Origin: Mobula hypostoma
Taxonomy: Eukaryota
Reading direction: 5' to 3'
Length of the DNA: 64,000 bases
Assembly: GCF_963921235.1 (NCBI RefSeq)
Contig: NC_086098.1
Coordinates: forward strand, 7,316,001-7,380,000
The notes beneath the pieces were generated by a model, which worked only from the letters and a program-made list of their open reading frames with translations, ran no database searches and had not been told where the DNA came from. A program made the translations under genes and the position numbers. Shown piece after piece: positions 36,519-51,234 of the stretch (within the stretch, counting starts at the first letter, position 1; each line of letters begins with the position of its first letter).

Positions 36519-37227
36519 CATAGAAACATAGAAACATAGAAAATAGGTGCAGGAGTAGGCCATTCGGCCCTTCGAGCCTGCACCGCCATTTATTATGATC
36601 ATGGCTGATCATCCAACTCAGAACCCCACCCCAGCCTTCCCTCCATACCCCCTGACCCCCGTAGCCACAAGGACCATATCTAACTTCCTTTTAAACATAG
36701 CTAATGAACTGGCCTCAACAGTTTGCTGTGGCAGAGAATTCCACAGATTCACCACTCTCTGTGTGAAGAAGTTTTTCCTAACCTCGGTCCTAAAAGGCTT
36801 CCCCTCTATCCTTAAACTGTGACCCCTCGTTCTAGACCTCCCCAACATCGGGAACAATCTTCCTGCATCTAGCCTGTCCAATCCCTTTAGGATCTTATAC
36901 GTTTCAATCAGATCCCCCCTCAATCTTCTAAATTCCAACGAGTACAAGCCCAGTTCATCCAGTCTTTCTTCATATGAAAGACCTGCCATCCCAGGAATCA
37001 ATCTGGTGAACCTTCTTTGTACTCCCTCTATGGCAAAGATGTCTTTCCTCAGATTAGGGGACCAAAACTGCACACAATACTCCAGGTGTGGTCTCACCAA
37101 GGCCTTGTACAACTGCAGTAGTACCTCCCTGCTCCTGTACTCGAATCCTCTCGCTATAAATGCCAGCATACCGTTCGCCTTTTTCACCGCCTGCTGTACC
37201 TGCATGCCCACTTTCAATGACTGGTGT
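36519..37227 (-). mobile_element. Young CR1 (family A), 5'-truncated
   Basis: Open ORF 36618-37217 nearly identical to the C-terminal part of 59455-60891; (ACATAGAA)n tail; TSD CATTA. Confidence 0.95.
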
Positions 37228-37829
37228 CATTATTGCACAGTCCCTCAAAAAATTATAAAACATGGCATTATAGCGATTATTAACAAAGTTTATAAAGCAT
37301 TAGTAGCTCTGTAATGTAGAAAGCATTTATTATCCGAATATATAGAGTGCGCACGTGGGCACACACACTCACACACACACTCACACACGTTACCCATTAT
37401 TTGCACGACTTAATCAAGGCACTTCAGCACTGAACTGACTCTGGGCTCCTGGACCTGTTTCACTCACCTCATTGGCTCTGTGCCCGCAGACTCACTTTTG
37501 GGTTCTGCGGTTTGATGTTTAATGTTCTGTGTTTTACTTCTTTATTCACTGTTTGACGATTTGTTCTTCCTTTTTTCACACATTGGGTGTTTGATTGTCT
37601 TTGTTGTGTTGGGTTCTATTGTGGCTGCATGCAAGTAGATTGATCTCAAGGCTGTTAATGGTGTATGTACTTTGATAATAAATGTATTTTGACTTTGAAC
37701 TCCGGACATTTACAGTATTGTGAAAAAGTCTTAAACTATATACAGCCAGGGTGCTCAAGACATTTGCACAGTAGTGTAGTAATTTTATGTATTGCATTCA
37801 ACTGTTGCCAAAATAAAAACACATTTCAT

Positions 37830-38260
37830 GACATATGTGAGTGATGATAAGCCTGATTCTGATATGGGTCTCTATTGTGGACTGAGAGTGGGAAGGGGGC
37901 AGGGAGAGGGGAAACTAGGTTGGGAAAAGGGGAAGGGAGAAGGGAGGGAACAGGAAGCAACAGAGACATTCTGTAGTGATCAATAAACTTATTTGGAATC
38001 AAGTGACATTGTCTGGTGTCTCAGGGCTGGGTGTGTCTGCACCCGTGCCAAATTCCGCCCCTGGCACTCCTCTCTACCACCTGTCCCACAGCCCTCCCAT
38101 GGCAGTCCACCCTCGCCATTCCCAACATCTTTTGCTCCTGCTAGATTAACAAACTGCCTCTTTCCTCTCCTTATTGACATTTACAGTGCTGTGCAGAAGT
38201 CTTAGCCACCCTAGCGATATATACTGTACAGTATATGGTTAAGACTTTTGCACAGTACTG
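37830..38260 (+). mobile_element. Unclassified ~340-bp repeat plus a tiny palindromic Tc1-like MITE
   Basis: Reverse-complement copy at about 46140-46545; palindrome TGTGCAGAAGTCTTA..TAAGACTTTTGCACA also at about 37714-37773 and 51897-51970. Confidence 0.55.
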
Positions 38261-38736
38261 TATATATACATATACAGTATATGAGGACCTCCATTGGTCT
38301 GGGTCGACCATGGATGTTGCTTCCTCGCTATCTACGTGATAAGCTGGTGCACAAGCCTGGGTAGTACAATCTGGAACTGTTGCCCATGTAGCAGGCTTCC
38401 TCTCTCCATGCAACTGATGAATCTAAAGGAACGACAGAGACCGATACATTTTGGCACCAATGTAGTGATTCCCACTCCGGATTTTTATTCGGAGTTTACT
38501 CCTGAAGCCTGCCCCATGGACAGGTGTAGTTGGAAGGCAGCGCAGGTTTGAGATCAGAGTTTTTCTTCTCCTGGATGAGCTGCCAACCACAGCTGATGAG
38601 CACCTGAAGCAACTGGTTTTAAGGTGCCAGAAACCCCTCTTTGCCCTGATATTAGTAGATACGGTTCAGCCAGGTTTCGTAGCTAAGCCCCATGTGGAAG
38701 CCCAGGAGCTGGAATTGTTTATCAGAAGCTGTTTGA

Positions 38737-39286
38737 GAGTATTGTGTGCAGTTTTGGTCTCCAGGGTTAAGGAAGGACATCCTGGCTGTGGAGGAGGTGC
38801 AGCGTAGGTTCACTAGGTTAATTCCTGGGATGTCCGGACTGTCTTACGCAGAGAGGTTAGAGAGACTGGGCTTGTACACGCTGGAATTAAGGAGATTGAG
38901 GGGGGATCTGATTGAGACATATAAGATTATTAAGGGATTGGACAAGATAGAGGCAGGAAATATGTTCCAGATGCTGGGAGAGTCCAGTACCAGAGGGCGT
39001 GGTTTAAGAATAAGGGGTAGGTCATTTAGGACAGAGTTGAGGAGGAACTTCTCCCAGAGAGTTGTGGAGGTGTGGAACGCACTGCCTCAGAAGGCAGTGG
39101 AGGCCAATTCTCTGGATGCTTTCAAGAAGGAGTCAGATAGGTATCTTATGGATAGGGGAATCAAGGGTTATGGGGACAAGGCAGGAACCGGGTATTGATA
39201 GTAGATGATTAGCCATGATCTCAGAATGGTGGTGCAGGCTCGAAGGGCCGAATGGTCTACTTCTGCACCTATTGTCTATTGTCTAT
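38737..39286 (+). mobile_element. Young CR1 (family B), 5'-truncated, inserted in an R2 element
   Basis: ORF 38746-39198; (CTATTGT)n tail; the host element continues at 39288. Confidence 0.92.
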
Positions 39287-40413
39287 AAGTACACTTCTGG
39301 GAGCATTTAACAGGCAGTGGGGGCTTGTCCCCATTACCACCCCCGGTTGTAACAACTTGAAGGAACCTGTCAATTGTAGGGTTGCAGTAAAAAGAATGCA
39401 TTTTCTTGAACATGGCCTTGATAAATCTAGGCAAATCAACCAAGGTCCAATTTCCCTTGGCTTGATGAATGGCAGTATTCCATGCATGTCTGACCCAGGA
39501 GAAGTCCAGAGTAGGCAAACGCCACATCCATTAGTAACAGACAGAATTTAAAAATAACAGGAACTCCACAATTATTTTAAAGCTTAACTTTTATTTGCCA
39601 TATGTACATTGAAACATTCAGTGAAATGTATCATTGGTTTCAAATCGTATCAGAGATGATTGTGCTGGGAAGTCTGCGATTCTGGTGGTAGAGGCCCAAA
39701 GATCGGGTCTTGGAGCCCGGGCCAACAACTGGAGGTTGCAAGACCAATGTCTGTGAGTCTGAGAAACTGGAACATCTCGAGGAAACCCACACAGTCACAG
39801 GGAGAACATACAACTCTATACAGGGAGAGGCAGGAATTGAACCCCCACTCGGTGATCACTGGGGCGATGAAGCAAATGTGCTAACCACTATTCTACTGTG
39901 CTGTGTTGTTCTTGACATTGGTGCAACCTCCTCACTGAAAGCACTCGGTGGTGAGATGCTGAGGAACAGAACGCCACCTATGGTAGTGTAGCGATTCGCG
40001 CGATACTGTTATGTCAGAGTTCAGAGTTCAATTCTGACACTGTCTGTAAGAAGTTTGTATCATTGGATTTCCTTCCAGTGTCCTCCCACAGTCCAAAGAC
40101 CAACCAATTGGTAAGCTAGTTGGTCATTTAAATTGTTCTGCGATTAGGCTAGGGTGAGTTAATAGGTGAGTTGTCGGGTGGCTTGGCTCGTTTGGGCTGG
40201 AAGAGTCTGTTCTGTACTGTATCTCTAAATAAAATAAATACAATTTTTAAAAGTTCATTTTCTATACAAGGCATCTCAGACATTAATTAGGCCTTATCAA
40301 TAACATATTTTCTCTTTCAGAAATTCCCAGTTTTCCTCGATTTTTTAGTTCAGTCTACATGAAATGTCTTTATTTTTCTTAGAAATCCACCTTCAGCTCA
40401 GAGGAATGGGCAG

Positions 40414-40789
40414 ACATAGAAACATAGAAACTTAGAAAATAGGTGCAGGAGTAGGCCATTTGGCCCTTCGAGCCTGCACCGCCATTCAGTATGATCATGG
40501 CTGATCATCCAACTCAGAACCCCGCCCCAGCCTTCCCTCCATACCCCCTGACCCCTGTAGCCACAAGGGCCATATCTAACTCCCTCTTAAACATAGCCAA
40601 TGAACTGGCCTCAACTGTTTCCTGTGGCAGAGAATTCCACAGATTCACCACTCTCTGTGTGAAGAAGTTTTTCCTAATCTCAGTCCTAAAAGGCTTCCCC
40701 TTTATCCTCAAACTGTGACCCCTCGTTCTGGACTTCCCCAACATCGGGAACAATCTTCCTGCATCTAGCTTGTCCAATCCCTTTAGGAT
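40414..40789 (-). mobile_element. Young CR1 (family A) 3' end
   Basis: ORF 40514-40822; (ACATAGAA)n tail. Confidence 0.92.
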
Positions 40790-41932
40790 TGCCATGCTTC
40801 CAAAGGTAATGGAGTATTGCACACTGCACGAGCTGTTTCACGACACAGTAACTCCATCCCTGAGGCGCAGTCTCCAGGAGGACGCTGAATTTGGCTGCAC
40901 CTCTTTTAATTTACACAGGTGGAAAACTGAGTATGTGGGGCACACGCCCCAAATCCAGGACAACTGCTGTGTGGTATATCAACTTGGCAAACCGTTCAGT
41001 GTCTTATTTTTAACCATTTTAAAACAAGGCTACACTTTGTTGCATGGCTACATTAATGTCCCAAATACTGAACAGGAAATGATGACTTAAGATAATGAAA
41101 CATTAAAATGATCATTTTAATGAATATTTTCATTAAAAGCATACTTTTATTCATAATTCCTACAATGGCATGCTTTATAAAGGGGTGGCCCAGTAGCCTA
41201 GTGGCTAGCACAATGCTTTACAAGTACAGGTAACTTGGGTTCAATTCCCGCCCCTGTCTGTAAGGAGTTTGTATGTTCTCTCTGTGACTACATGAGTTTC
41301 CTCCTACAGTCCAAAGATGTACCGGTCAGTAAGTCAATTGGTTATTGTAAATTGTCCCGTGATTCGGCTGGGATGAAAAATTGGGGGATTGCTGGGTTGT
41401 ATGGCTTAAAGGGCTGGAAGGCCCTATTCCACTCTGTATCCCAATAAATAAATAACATATAAGTGTTATAATGCATTATACCTTGTGTGGTGGGTGGAGA
41501 TACATTTCTACCAAGGCGTTTCTTCCCTCCGCTAGCCTGCAGGTCACCCTTGGGCAAGGTGGAGCACCTGCTTAGCCTCCCCCCAAGTCAGGGTCACATG
41601 GAGCAACTGGGGCAGGTGGTGGATGGTCGTACGAGCAGCTGGGGCATATCACAAGTCCTGGTTATGTGACCACTGACACCAGGCAGACAATCTCTGAAGA
41701 GTATTGATAGTGGCTGGGAACATCCGTCTTGTAAAGACACTGCCCAGGAGAAGGCAATGGCAAACAACTTCTGTAGAAAAATTTGCCAAGAACAATCATA
41801 GTCATGGAAAGACCATGACTGCCCACTTTATACGGCATGGCATATAACGGTGATGTTGACTGTAAACTACATAATGTTTATAATGCATTAAAGGCTTTAA
41901 ATATGACATAATTTATATATTAATGCTTTATA

Positions 41933-42478
41933 TACTGAATAGGCACTATATTTGGCACCTCCCGTATGTAATAAATGGCCACTCAGTGTATGCTCGTGGT
42001 CTTCTGCTGCTGTAGCCCATCCACTTCAAGGTTGGACTTGTTATACATTCAGAGAAGATCTTCTGCACACCACTGTTGTAATGTGTGGTTATTTGAGTTA
42101 CTGTTGCCTTTCTCTCAGTTTGAACCAGTTCGGCTGTGCTCTGAACTCTCTCATTAACAAGACATTTTCACCCACTCACTGGATGCTTTTTGTGTCTCAC
42201 ACCATTCTCTGTAAACTCTCGAGACTGTTGTGCGCAAAAATCCCAGGAGATCAGCAGCTTCTGAGATACCCAAACTACCCCAACAATCATCCCATGGTCT
42301 ACATCAGTTAGATTTCATTTCTTCCCCATTCTGATATTTGGTCCGAACAACAACTGAACCTCTTGACCGTGTCTAGATGTTTTTATGCATTGAGTTGCTG
42401 CCACATGAATGGCCAGTTAGATATTTGCATTCCCGAGCAGGTGTACAGGTGTACCGAATAAAGTGGCCACTGAGTGTA
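41933..42478. mobile_element. Tc1/mariner-type non-autonomous DNA transposon
   Basis: Colinear with 17776-18254; right TIR AATAAAGTGGCCACTGAGTGTA. Confidence 0.7.
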
Positions 42479-42935
42479 CAAGCTGGTGATATTTCATGAG
42501 CTCCTCAGAAGTATTTACTGCAACCACTGTTTACCATGATTCACTTTTCTACCCAGACAGCTTGTTTTCAATCTACTCGTGCTGAATCATTGTTCTGCCT
42601 TTCCCTGAGGCAGTATCATCTCTTTCATGTTTTTCCTGTAAACTCTGAGGTTATTGTTACTCAGGTAAATAATGGCAAAGAATGACTTTAATTGAAGGCA
42701 GTCAATTTGAATAAATGGGAATGGCTGGTACAATAGTGGATCAAACATGATAGCTCTCAGTATAATAAAGGTACACTTACATTTAAAGGACAATACTTTC
42801 CTTCGTGTGTGTTGTTCAAGATTTCCAGCATCTGCAGGGTCTCTTGGTCTGAAATCTGGGTCTGAAATGGCAGGGCAATAGAGTAGTGTAGCGGTTAGCA
42901 CCATCGTTTTACAGCAACCACAGATCCGGGTTCGA

Positions 42936-43592
42936 TTTAGATTATGAAAACACTCAGTCCTCTTTTATTGTCATTTAGAAATGCATACATGCATTAAGAA
43001 ATATTTCTCCAGAGTGATATCACAGAAAACAAGACAGACCAAAGACTAACACCGACAGAACCACATAATTATAACATATAGTTACAGCAGTGCAAAGCAA
43101 TACCATAATTTGATAAAGAACAGACCATAGTCACAGTAAAAAAAAAGTCACAAAGTCCCGAGTCGATTGACTCCCGAGTCCCCGATAGCAGGCGGCAAAA
43201 GGGAGAAACTCCCTGCCATAAACCTCCAGGCACCGTCAACTTGCCGATACCTTGGAAGCAGCCAACCCCAGCAGACCCTGAGTCCATCCGTCCGAAAACT
43301 CCGAGCTTCCGACCAGCCTCTCCAATACAGCCTCCTGAGCGCCATCCTCTGCCGAGCGCCTTTGACCTCTCCCTGGCTGCTGAAACACGCAAAGCCAAGG
43401 ATTTCAGGACCTTCAGCTCCGGAGATTCCGGTTACCACACAGTAGCAGCGGTAGCAAAGCAGGCATTTCAGGAGTTTTCCAGATATTCTGCTGTGCTCTC
43501 ACATCCATCTCCATCAAATCAGGATTGTGCACGGTCCCCTACTTGACAAATAACAGATATTCATCACCGAAGTCGCGCCGCCATCTTCTCCC
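42936..43592 (-). mobile_element. Non-autonomous (AATCT)-tailed retroelement inserted at the B box of a SINE
   Basis: Reverse complement of 9432-10100; the host SINE head ends GGGTTCGATT at about 42936 and resumes GATTCCTGCTGC at about 43602. Confidence 0.8.
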
Positions 43593-43819
43593 CCTTCCCG
43601 GGATTCCTGCTGCAACTGTATGCTCTCTGCCTGGGTGCTCCGGTTTCCTCCGACAGTTCGGAGATGTACGTGCTAGGGTCAAGGTAATTCAGCTGTGTGT
43701 ATGCCATGTTGGTGCCTGAAGCATGGCAACATTTGCGGGCTGCCCACCCCAGACCTTGTTGGCTGTTACTGCAAAACTATACATTTTACTATGTTTTGAT
43801 GTACATGTGACAAATAATA

Positions 43820-44470
43820 GATTAGATTATTAGATTATGAGGACACACAGTCCTCTTTTATTGTCATTTTGTAATGCATGCATTAAGAAATGATACAATG
43901 TTTTTCCAAAATGATATCGCAGAAACACATGACAAACCGACTGAAAAACTGACAAAAACCACATAATTATAACATATAGTTACAGCAGTGCAAAACAATA
44001 CTGTAATTTGATAAAGAACAGACCATGGGCATGGTAAAAGTCTCAAAGTCTCTCGAAAGTCTCATCATCTCACGCAGATGGTGAACCTCCAGCGCCGCAA
44101 ACTTGCCGATGCAGCATCCTGGAAGCACCCGACCACAGTCTGACTCCAAGTCAGTCCGAAAACTCCGAGCCTCTGACCAGCTCTCTGACAGCGAGCGCCG
44201 AGCACCATCTCTGCTGAGCGCTTCGACCCCAGCCCCGGCAACAGGCAATACGCAAAGCTGAAGATTTGGGGCCTTTGTCTCTGGAGATTCTCGATCGCAC
44301 AGTAGCAGCGACAGCAAAGCGAGCATTCAGAAGTTTCTCCAGGTGTTCCTCTGTGCTTCTCACGGCTGTCTCCATCAAATCAGGATTGTGCACGGCCCCC
44401 TAGTTACACATACGATATTCATTCGGAGCGGCTGCACGCACTGCGTCGCGCTGCCATCTTCTCCTCCCTC
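43820..44470 (-). mobile_element. Non-autonomous (AATCT)-tailed retroelement, second subfamily
   Basis: Same 5' and 3' blocks as 42936-43592 with a divergent middle. Confidence 0.75.
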
Positions 44471-47400
44471 CATAATCCAATCTAGTCTAATCTTTTGTAA
44501 AAATAATAAACTAATAGACAGTATTAATGTTGGTAGGTCATAGAACATAGATCATGGAGGAGTACAGGCCCTTCCCTCCCACACTGCTCTCCATTTGTCT
44601 TTAATCTATCTAACAGTCCCTGTTCAGAGTATGTTCTTCTGATGTTCCACCTCATTCACAAACAGGGGAGACATTCCAACCTTAGGCCATGGTCAGCCAT
44701 TTCAAATGACTTGTCAGCACACTATGCCTCCGATGCTTCATGGAGAGTCATTATCCTTTTACCTGCTCCCCTTCATGGGCTTCATTCTCCCAACAGTGAG
44801 CAAATTGCACCATCCAGATATTGACCACATCCTTTCACCTGTTGTTTCCTTTCACCTTTCACCTTTTCTCTTCCAGAGTCACTTCCTGCCCTCCTGTCAC
44901 AGCCGATAGCTAGCGATACGGCTAAAATTAATGATTTTTCACATTTTATCCTTAAGAAGCACCCTCACACCATATACCATTTCCCTAAATTGCGATTAAG
45001 ATTCAAGATTCGTGATTTTTTAAATTCTCATTCTTCTGTGTGAAGGAGAATGAAATAATTGTTACTTTGGATCTGACGGAGCATAAAAAATGAGCGTAGA
45101 GAACACAATTAAAAAAATCATTAAAAAAGCATGTTAGGATGTGCAAATGTAGAAGGTCATGGGTATTCGTGTGCACAGACCAGCTCTCTTCAGCCTCCTT
45201 AGAAAGTAGAGGTGTCGGCGAGCTTCCTTGATTGTGGAGATGAAACTATAAGACACAGGGTCAGAATTATGCCTCTCAACCCCATTGTCCTGTCTCCTCC
45301 TCATACCCTGTGACATTCTGATTAATCAAGAACCTATCAACCTCTGCTTTAAATATACTCAATGACATGGCCTCCACAGCTGCTTGTGGCAATGATTTTC
45401 ACAGATTCATCCCCTCTGGTTAAAGAAATTTTCGTCATCTCTGTTCGAAATGGGTGTCCCTCAATTCTGAGGCTGTGCCCTGTGGTCCTAGACTCCCCCT
45501 CTCCAAGTAACATCCTCTCCACATCCATGCTATCAATATTCAGTAGCTCTCAATGAGGTTCCTCATTCTTCTAGCCTCCAGTGAGTACATGCATAGAGCC
45601 ATCAAATGCTCCACATATATTAATCCTTATATTCCTGGGATCAGTCTCATGAACCTCCTCGAGACCCTCTGCAATACAGCAATGCACGATGTGCACTGGG
45701 ACCAAGAGAGGTTGTGCTCTTCAAGCTGTTTAGTTAGTAAGTCTTAGGTAACTAAATTTACTAGCAACAATTTAGAAATCACGAGATATCAATCAGTCTG
45801 GAACATTTTCTTTGCCTTTGTACAACTCCTCAGGCGAGAAAAAGTCAGCTGAGAATGAAGTCACAAGGCAGCATGGATTCCTTATTTAATTGAGTTCCTG
45901 GTGTTTTGCACAGGAAAACAATTATGTAAGGTTGCACTTCACTCAGCTTTGTCTTTAATATTTCACCGACTCTCGTTAAACCAAATGATGCAAATGATTC
46001 TGATCTCCAAAACATATTAACACCCAACATGAATGAACACATACTGACAACCTCATGCACAAGTCATTTTATAGACGCCACTCAAGCCAGCTGAGTTATT
46101 TAATAAGATCAGAGCTGTTCTGAATGTAACCTCAGCTTACTGCACTGGGTAAAAGTCTTAGGCACGTATAGTTACAGCTAAGGCGCCTAAGATTTTACTC
46201 AGTTCTGTATTTATCAACGTGGAACAGAGAGAGAGCTTGTAAATCTGGTGCGAGCAAAGGAGGTTGGGAATGACGATGGTGGAGTGCTGTGACAGGTGTG
46301 TGGCAGAGGAGTGCCAGTGGCGAGGGTTGGCGCTGGTGCAGACACACCCAGCCCTGAGACACCAAGCAAGCTTATTTGATTCCAAACTATTGATTTATTG
46401 ATCATTATAGAATGGCTCTCTAGTGGTTCCTGCTCCCTCCCTTCTCCCTTCCCCTTTTCCTAACCATGATTTCCCTCTCCCTGCCCCCTTCCCACTCTCA
46501 GTCTACAATAAAGACCCATATCAGAATCAGGTTTAGCATCACTCACGTATACGGAATAAAGTAGATGAACTTGTACCACAGTTACAGAATCCTGCCTGAA
46601 AGAAGTCTGTAGCTGAGAGCTTAATGTCCAGGGGTGCATATTGTATTGAAAGGACAAGCAGAAAGGTAGAGAGGGTGGGATTGTTCTGTTGGTAAAAAAT
46701 GGAAAACGCAAATCATTAGAAAGAGGTGACATAGGGTTGGAAGGTGTTGAATCATTGTGGATAGAGCTAAGGAACTGCAAGGGTAAAAAGACCATGAAGT
46801 GAGTTATATACAGACCCCCAAACAGTAGTAAGGATGTGGGCTACAAATTACAATGGGAGATAGAAGATGCATGCCAAAAGAGCAAAGTTGCAATAGTCAT
46901 GGGGGCCTTCAATATGCAAGTAGATTGTGAAATCTGAAACAGAGAAGCAAAAATCAGTTATATCAGCATTACAATGGAGTGATGGGAATTACAGAGGTAT
47001 GAGAGAGGAGTTGGACAGAATTGATTGGAAAAGAACACTGGTAGGGATTATGGCAGAGCAGCAGTGGCTGGAATTTCTGGAAGAAATGCAGAAGACACAG
47101 GATATATGCATCTCAAAGAGGAAGAAGTATTCCAAGGGCAAGATGATATAATTGTGGCTAATGTGAGAAGTCAAAGCCAACACAAAAGCAAAAGAGAGCA
47201 AAAATTATAATAGAGTATATAAAAATTATAATATATAATAGAGCAAAAATTAGTGGGAAGTTAGAGGACTGGGAAGTTTTTAAAACCAACAGAAGGCAAC
47301 TAAAAAAGACACCTCAAGATGGAGTACAAAAGTAAGCTAGCCAATCATATTAAAGAGGATACCAAAAGTTTCTTCAGATACATACAGTGTGAGAGTGGAT

Positions 47401-48027
47401 ATCAGACCATTGGAAAACAATGCTGGAGAGGTAGTAATGGGGAACAATGAAATGGTGGACGAACTGAATATGTTCTTCACTAGCAGTATGGTTGAAGTTC
47501 CATGTGTCAGGGATCCATGAAACCATAAGACCATAAGACGTAGGAGCAAAATTAGGCCACTCAGCACATGATGTCTGCTCTGCTATTGAATCACGTCTGA
47601 TCCCAGATCCAACCCAACCCCATAGACCTGCTTTCTCACCATATCCTTTGATGCCTGACAGATGAGGAAATTATCAACTTCCACCTTAAAAATACCCTTG
47701 GACTTGGCCTCCCCTGCAGACTGTGGGTAAAAGTGCATTGTTAATGAGAATGGCCAGATTAATTCAAGCTGACAGGAAGGCAACAGTATCTCAAATAACT
47801 GCACATTACAACAGTGGTGTGCAGAAGAGCGTGTCTGAATACACAACACATCGAACCTTGAAGTGGATGGACTACAGCAGCAGAGGACTATGACCATACA
47901 CTCAGAAGTTGTGTATTCACCCTTGTGTTAAAAGCAAAGTCCTAACAGCTCTCTCAAAGAACTAAACGTATAATCAAACAAAACCAGGAGATTTTTCATG
48001 GTGTTCTGCCCAAAATTTATCCGTAAA

Positions 48028-48550
48028 ACAGAGGAGTAAAATTAGGCCATTCAACCCATCGAGTCTGCTCTGCCATTCCATCACGACCGATTTATTATCC
48101 CTCTAAATCCCATTCTCTTGCCTTCTCCCTGTAACCTTTGAATGCCTGATTAATCAAGAACTTACCAACCTCTGCCTTGCATATACATAATGACTTGGCC
48201 TGCACAGCTGTCTGTGGCAATGAATTCCACCGATTCACTACACTCAAGTTAAAGAAATGTTTCCTCATCTCTGTTCTAAGTGGACGTCCCTTTATTCTGA
48301 AGCTGTGCCCACTGGTCCTAGACTCCCCCACTATAGGAAATATCCACTCCACATCCACTCTATCGAGTCCTTTCAACATTCAGTAGGTTTCAATGAGATC
48401 ACCACACATTCTTCTAAATTCCAGTGAGTACGGGCCCAAGTGTGCCAAATGATTCTCGTACGTTAACCCCTTCATTCCCAGAACCTCCTCTGGACTCTCT
48501 CCAATGACAACACATCCTCTCTGAGACATGGTTCCCAAAACTGTTGACAA
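48028..48550 (-). mobile_element. CR1 3' fragment (nested)
   Basis: ORFs 48095-48379 and 48380-48577. Confidence 0.8.
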
Positions 48551-49271
48551 TACTACAAGTGTGATGGAGTATTGCATCCAAATACTTCAGCACTCCAAGG
48601 GTCAAGAAGTACATGAAGCTACCATTACTAGTAAGAATGTTCTTGGGGATCTGAAAGGTCTGAAGTATATTAGTCACCTGGACCAGATGGTGTACACCCC
48701 AGGGTTCTGAATGAGGTGACTGAAGAGATTGCGGAGGCATTAATAATGATCTTTCAAGAATTACTAGATTCTGGAATGGATCCAGAAGACTGGAAAATTG
48801 CAGATGAAGAAAGGAAATTATAGGCCAGTTAGTCTGACTTCAGTGTTTGGGAAGATGCTGAGGTAGATTGATAAGGATGTGGTTTTGAGGTACTTGGAGG
48901 CACATGATAAAATAGGCCACAGTCAGCATGGCTTCCTCAAGAGAAAATCTTGCCTGACAAATCTGTTTGAATTCTTTGAAGAAACAACAAGCAGGATAGA
49001 CAAAACAGCGAAGTGGTTGATATCGTGTACTTGGATGTTCAGAAGGCCTTTGACAAGGTGCCACACATGAGGCTGCTTAACAAGCTACAAGCCCGTTATG
49101 ACAGGAAAGATTTTCGGATGGATGAAGCAGTGGCTGATTGGCAGGAGACAAAGAGTGGGAATAAAGAGAGCCTTTTCTGATTGGCTGCCGGTGACTAGTG
49201 GTGTTCCATGAGGCTGTATGTTCGAACCAATTCTTTGTACATTATATGTCAAAGATTTGGATGATGGAATT

Positions 49272-50004
49272 GACAATAGACAATAGACAATAGGTGCAGA
49301 AGTAGGCCATTTGGCTCTTCGAGCCAGCACCACCATTCACTGTGATCATGGCTTATCATCCCCAGTCAGTATCCAGTTCCTGCCTTATCCCCATAACCTT
49401 TGATTCCGCTATCTTTAAGAGGTCTATCCATCTCTTTTTTGAAAGCATCCAGAGACTTGGCCTCCACAGCCTTCTGGGGCAGAGCATTCCATATATCCAC
49501 CACTCTCTGGGTGAAAAAGTTTTTCCTCAACTCCATTCTAAATGCCTTACCCCTTATTCTTAAACTGTGGCCTCTGGTTCTGGACTCACCCATCAGCGGG
49601 AACATACTTCCTGCCTCCAGCGTGTCCAATCCCTTAATAATCTTATATGTTTCAATCAGATCCCTTCTCATCCTTCTAAATTCTAGTGTATACATGCCCA
49701 GTCACTCCAATCTTTCATCATATGACAGTCCCGCCATCCCGGGAATTAACCTTGTGAACCTCCGCTGCACTCCCTCAATAGCAAGAATGTCCTTCCTCAA
49801 ATTTGGAGACCAAAACTGCACACAGTACTCCAGGTGTGGTCTCACCAGGGCCCTGTACAGCTGCAGAAGGACCTCTTTGCTCTTATATTCAATTCCCCTT
49901 GTTATGAAGGCCAGCATGCCATTAGCTTTCTTCACTGCCTGCTGTACTTGCGTGCTTGCTTTCAGTGACTGATATACAAGAACACCTAGATCTCGTTGTG
50001 CTTC
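49272..50004 (-). mobile_element. Young CR1 (family B-like), nested antisense
   Basis: ORFs 49702-50079 and 49366-49695; (GACAATA)n tail. Confidence 0.92.
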
Positions 50005-50296
50005 TCGGTGGAGGAGCAGGTAGTTTTCATGAATTAGAGAGGCTACAGAAGGACTCAGACAAATTTGCAGCATGATCAAAGAAGAGGCGGATGGAATACA
50101 GAGTTGGGAAGTGTATGGTCATTCACTTTGATAGAAGAAATGAAAGAGTTGACTATTTTCTAAATGGAGAGAAAATACAAAACACCGAGGCACAAAGGGA
50201 CTTGGGAGTTCTTGGGCAGGATCCCCTAAAGGTTAATTTACAGGTTGAGTCTGTGATGAGGAAGGCATATACAATCTTAGCATTCATTTCAAGAGG

Positions 50297-51234
50297 ATAG
50301 AAACATAGAAACATAGAAAATAGGTGCAGGAGTAGGCCATTCGGCCCTTCGAGCCTGCACCGCCATTTATTATGATCATGGCTGATCATCCAACTCAGAA
50401 CCCAGCCTTCCCTCCATACCCCCTGACCCCTGTAGCCACAAGGGCCATATCTAACTTCCTTTTAAACATAGCTAATGAACTGGCCTCAACAGTTTGCTGT
50501 GGCAGAGAATTCCACAGATTCACCACTCTCTGTGTGAAGAAGTTTTTCCTAACCTCGGTCCTAAAAGGCTTCCCCTCTATCCTCAAACTGTGACCCCTCG
50601 TTCTAGACCTCCCCAACATCGGGAACAATCTTCCTGCATCTAGCCTGTCCAATCCCTTTAGGATCTTATACGTTTCAATCAGATCCCCCCTCAATCTTCT
50701 AAATTCCAACGAGTACAAGCCCAGTTCATCCAGTCTTTCTTCATATGAAAGACCTGCCATCCAAGGAATCAATCTGGTGAACCTTCTTTGTACTCCCTCT
50801 ATGGCAAAGATGTCTTTCCTCAGATTAGGGGACCAAAACTGCACACAATACTCCAGGTGTGGTCTCACCAAGGCCTTGTACAACTGCAGTAGTACCTCCC
50901 TGCTCCTGTACTCGAATCCTCTCGCTATAAATGCCAGCATACCGTTCGCCTTTTTCACCGCCTGCTGTACCTGCATGCCCACTTTCAATGACTGGTGTAT
51001 AATGACACCCAGGTATCGTTGCACCTCCCCTTTTCCTAATCGGCCACCATTCAGATAATAATCTGTTTTCCTATTTTTGCCACCAAAGTGGATAACTTCA
51101 CATTTATCCACATTAAATTGCATCTGCCATGAGTTTGCCCACTCACCCAACCTATCCAAGTCACCCTGCATCCTCTTAGCATCCTCCTCACTGCTAACAC
51201 TGCCACCCAGCTTCGTGTCATCCGCAAACTTGGA
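50297..51234 (-). mobile_element. Young CR1 (family A), nested antisense
   Basis: Open ORF 50395-51243 (KFADDTKLGG..) nearly identical to 59455-60891. Confidence 0.95.

Noticed and set aside
49400..49972. 190-aa ORF, and similar ORFs at 59799-60203 and 62571-63104
   Set aside because: Antisense shadows of CR1 ORF2.
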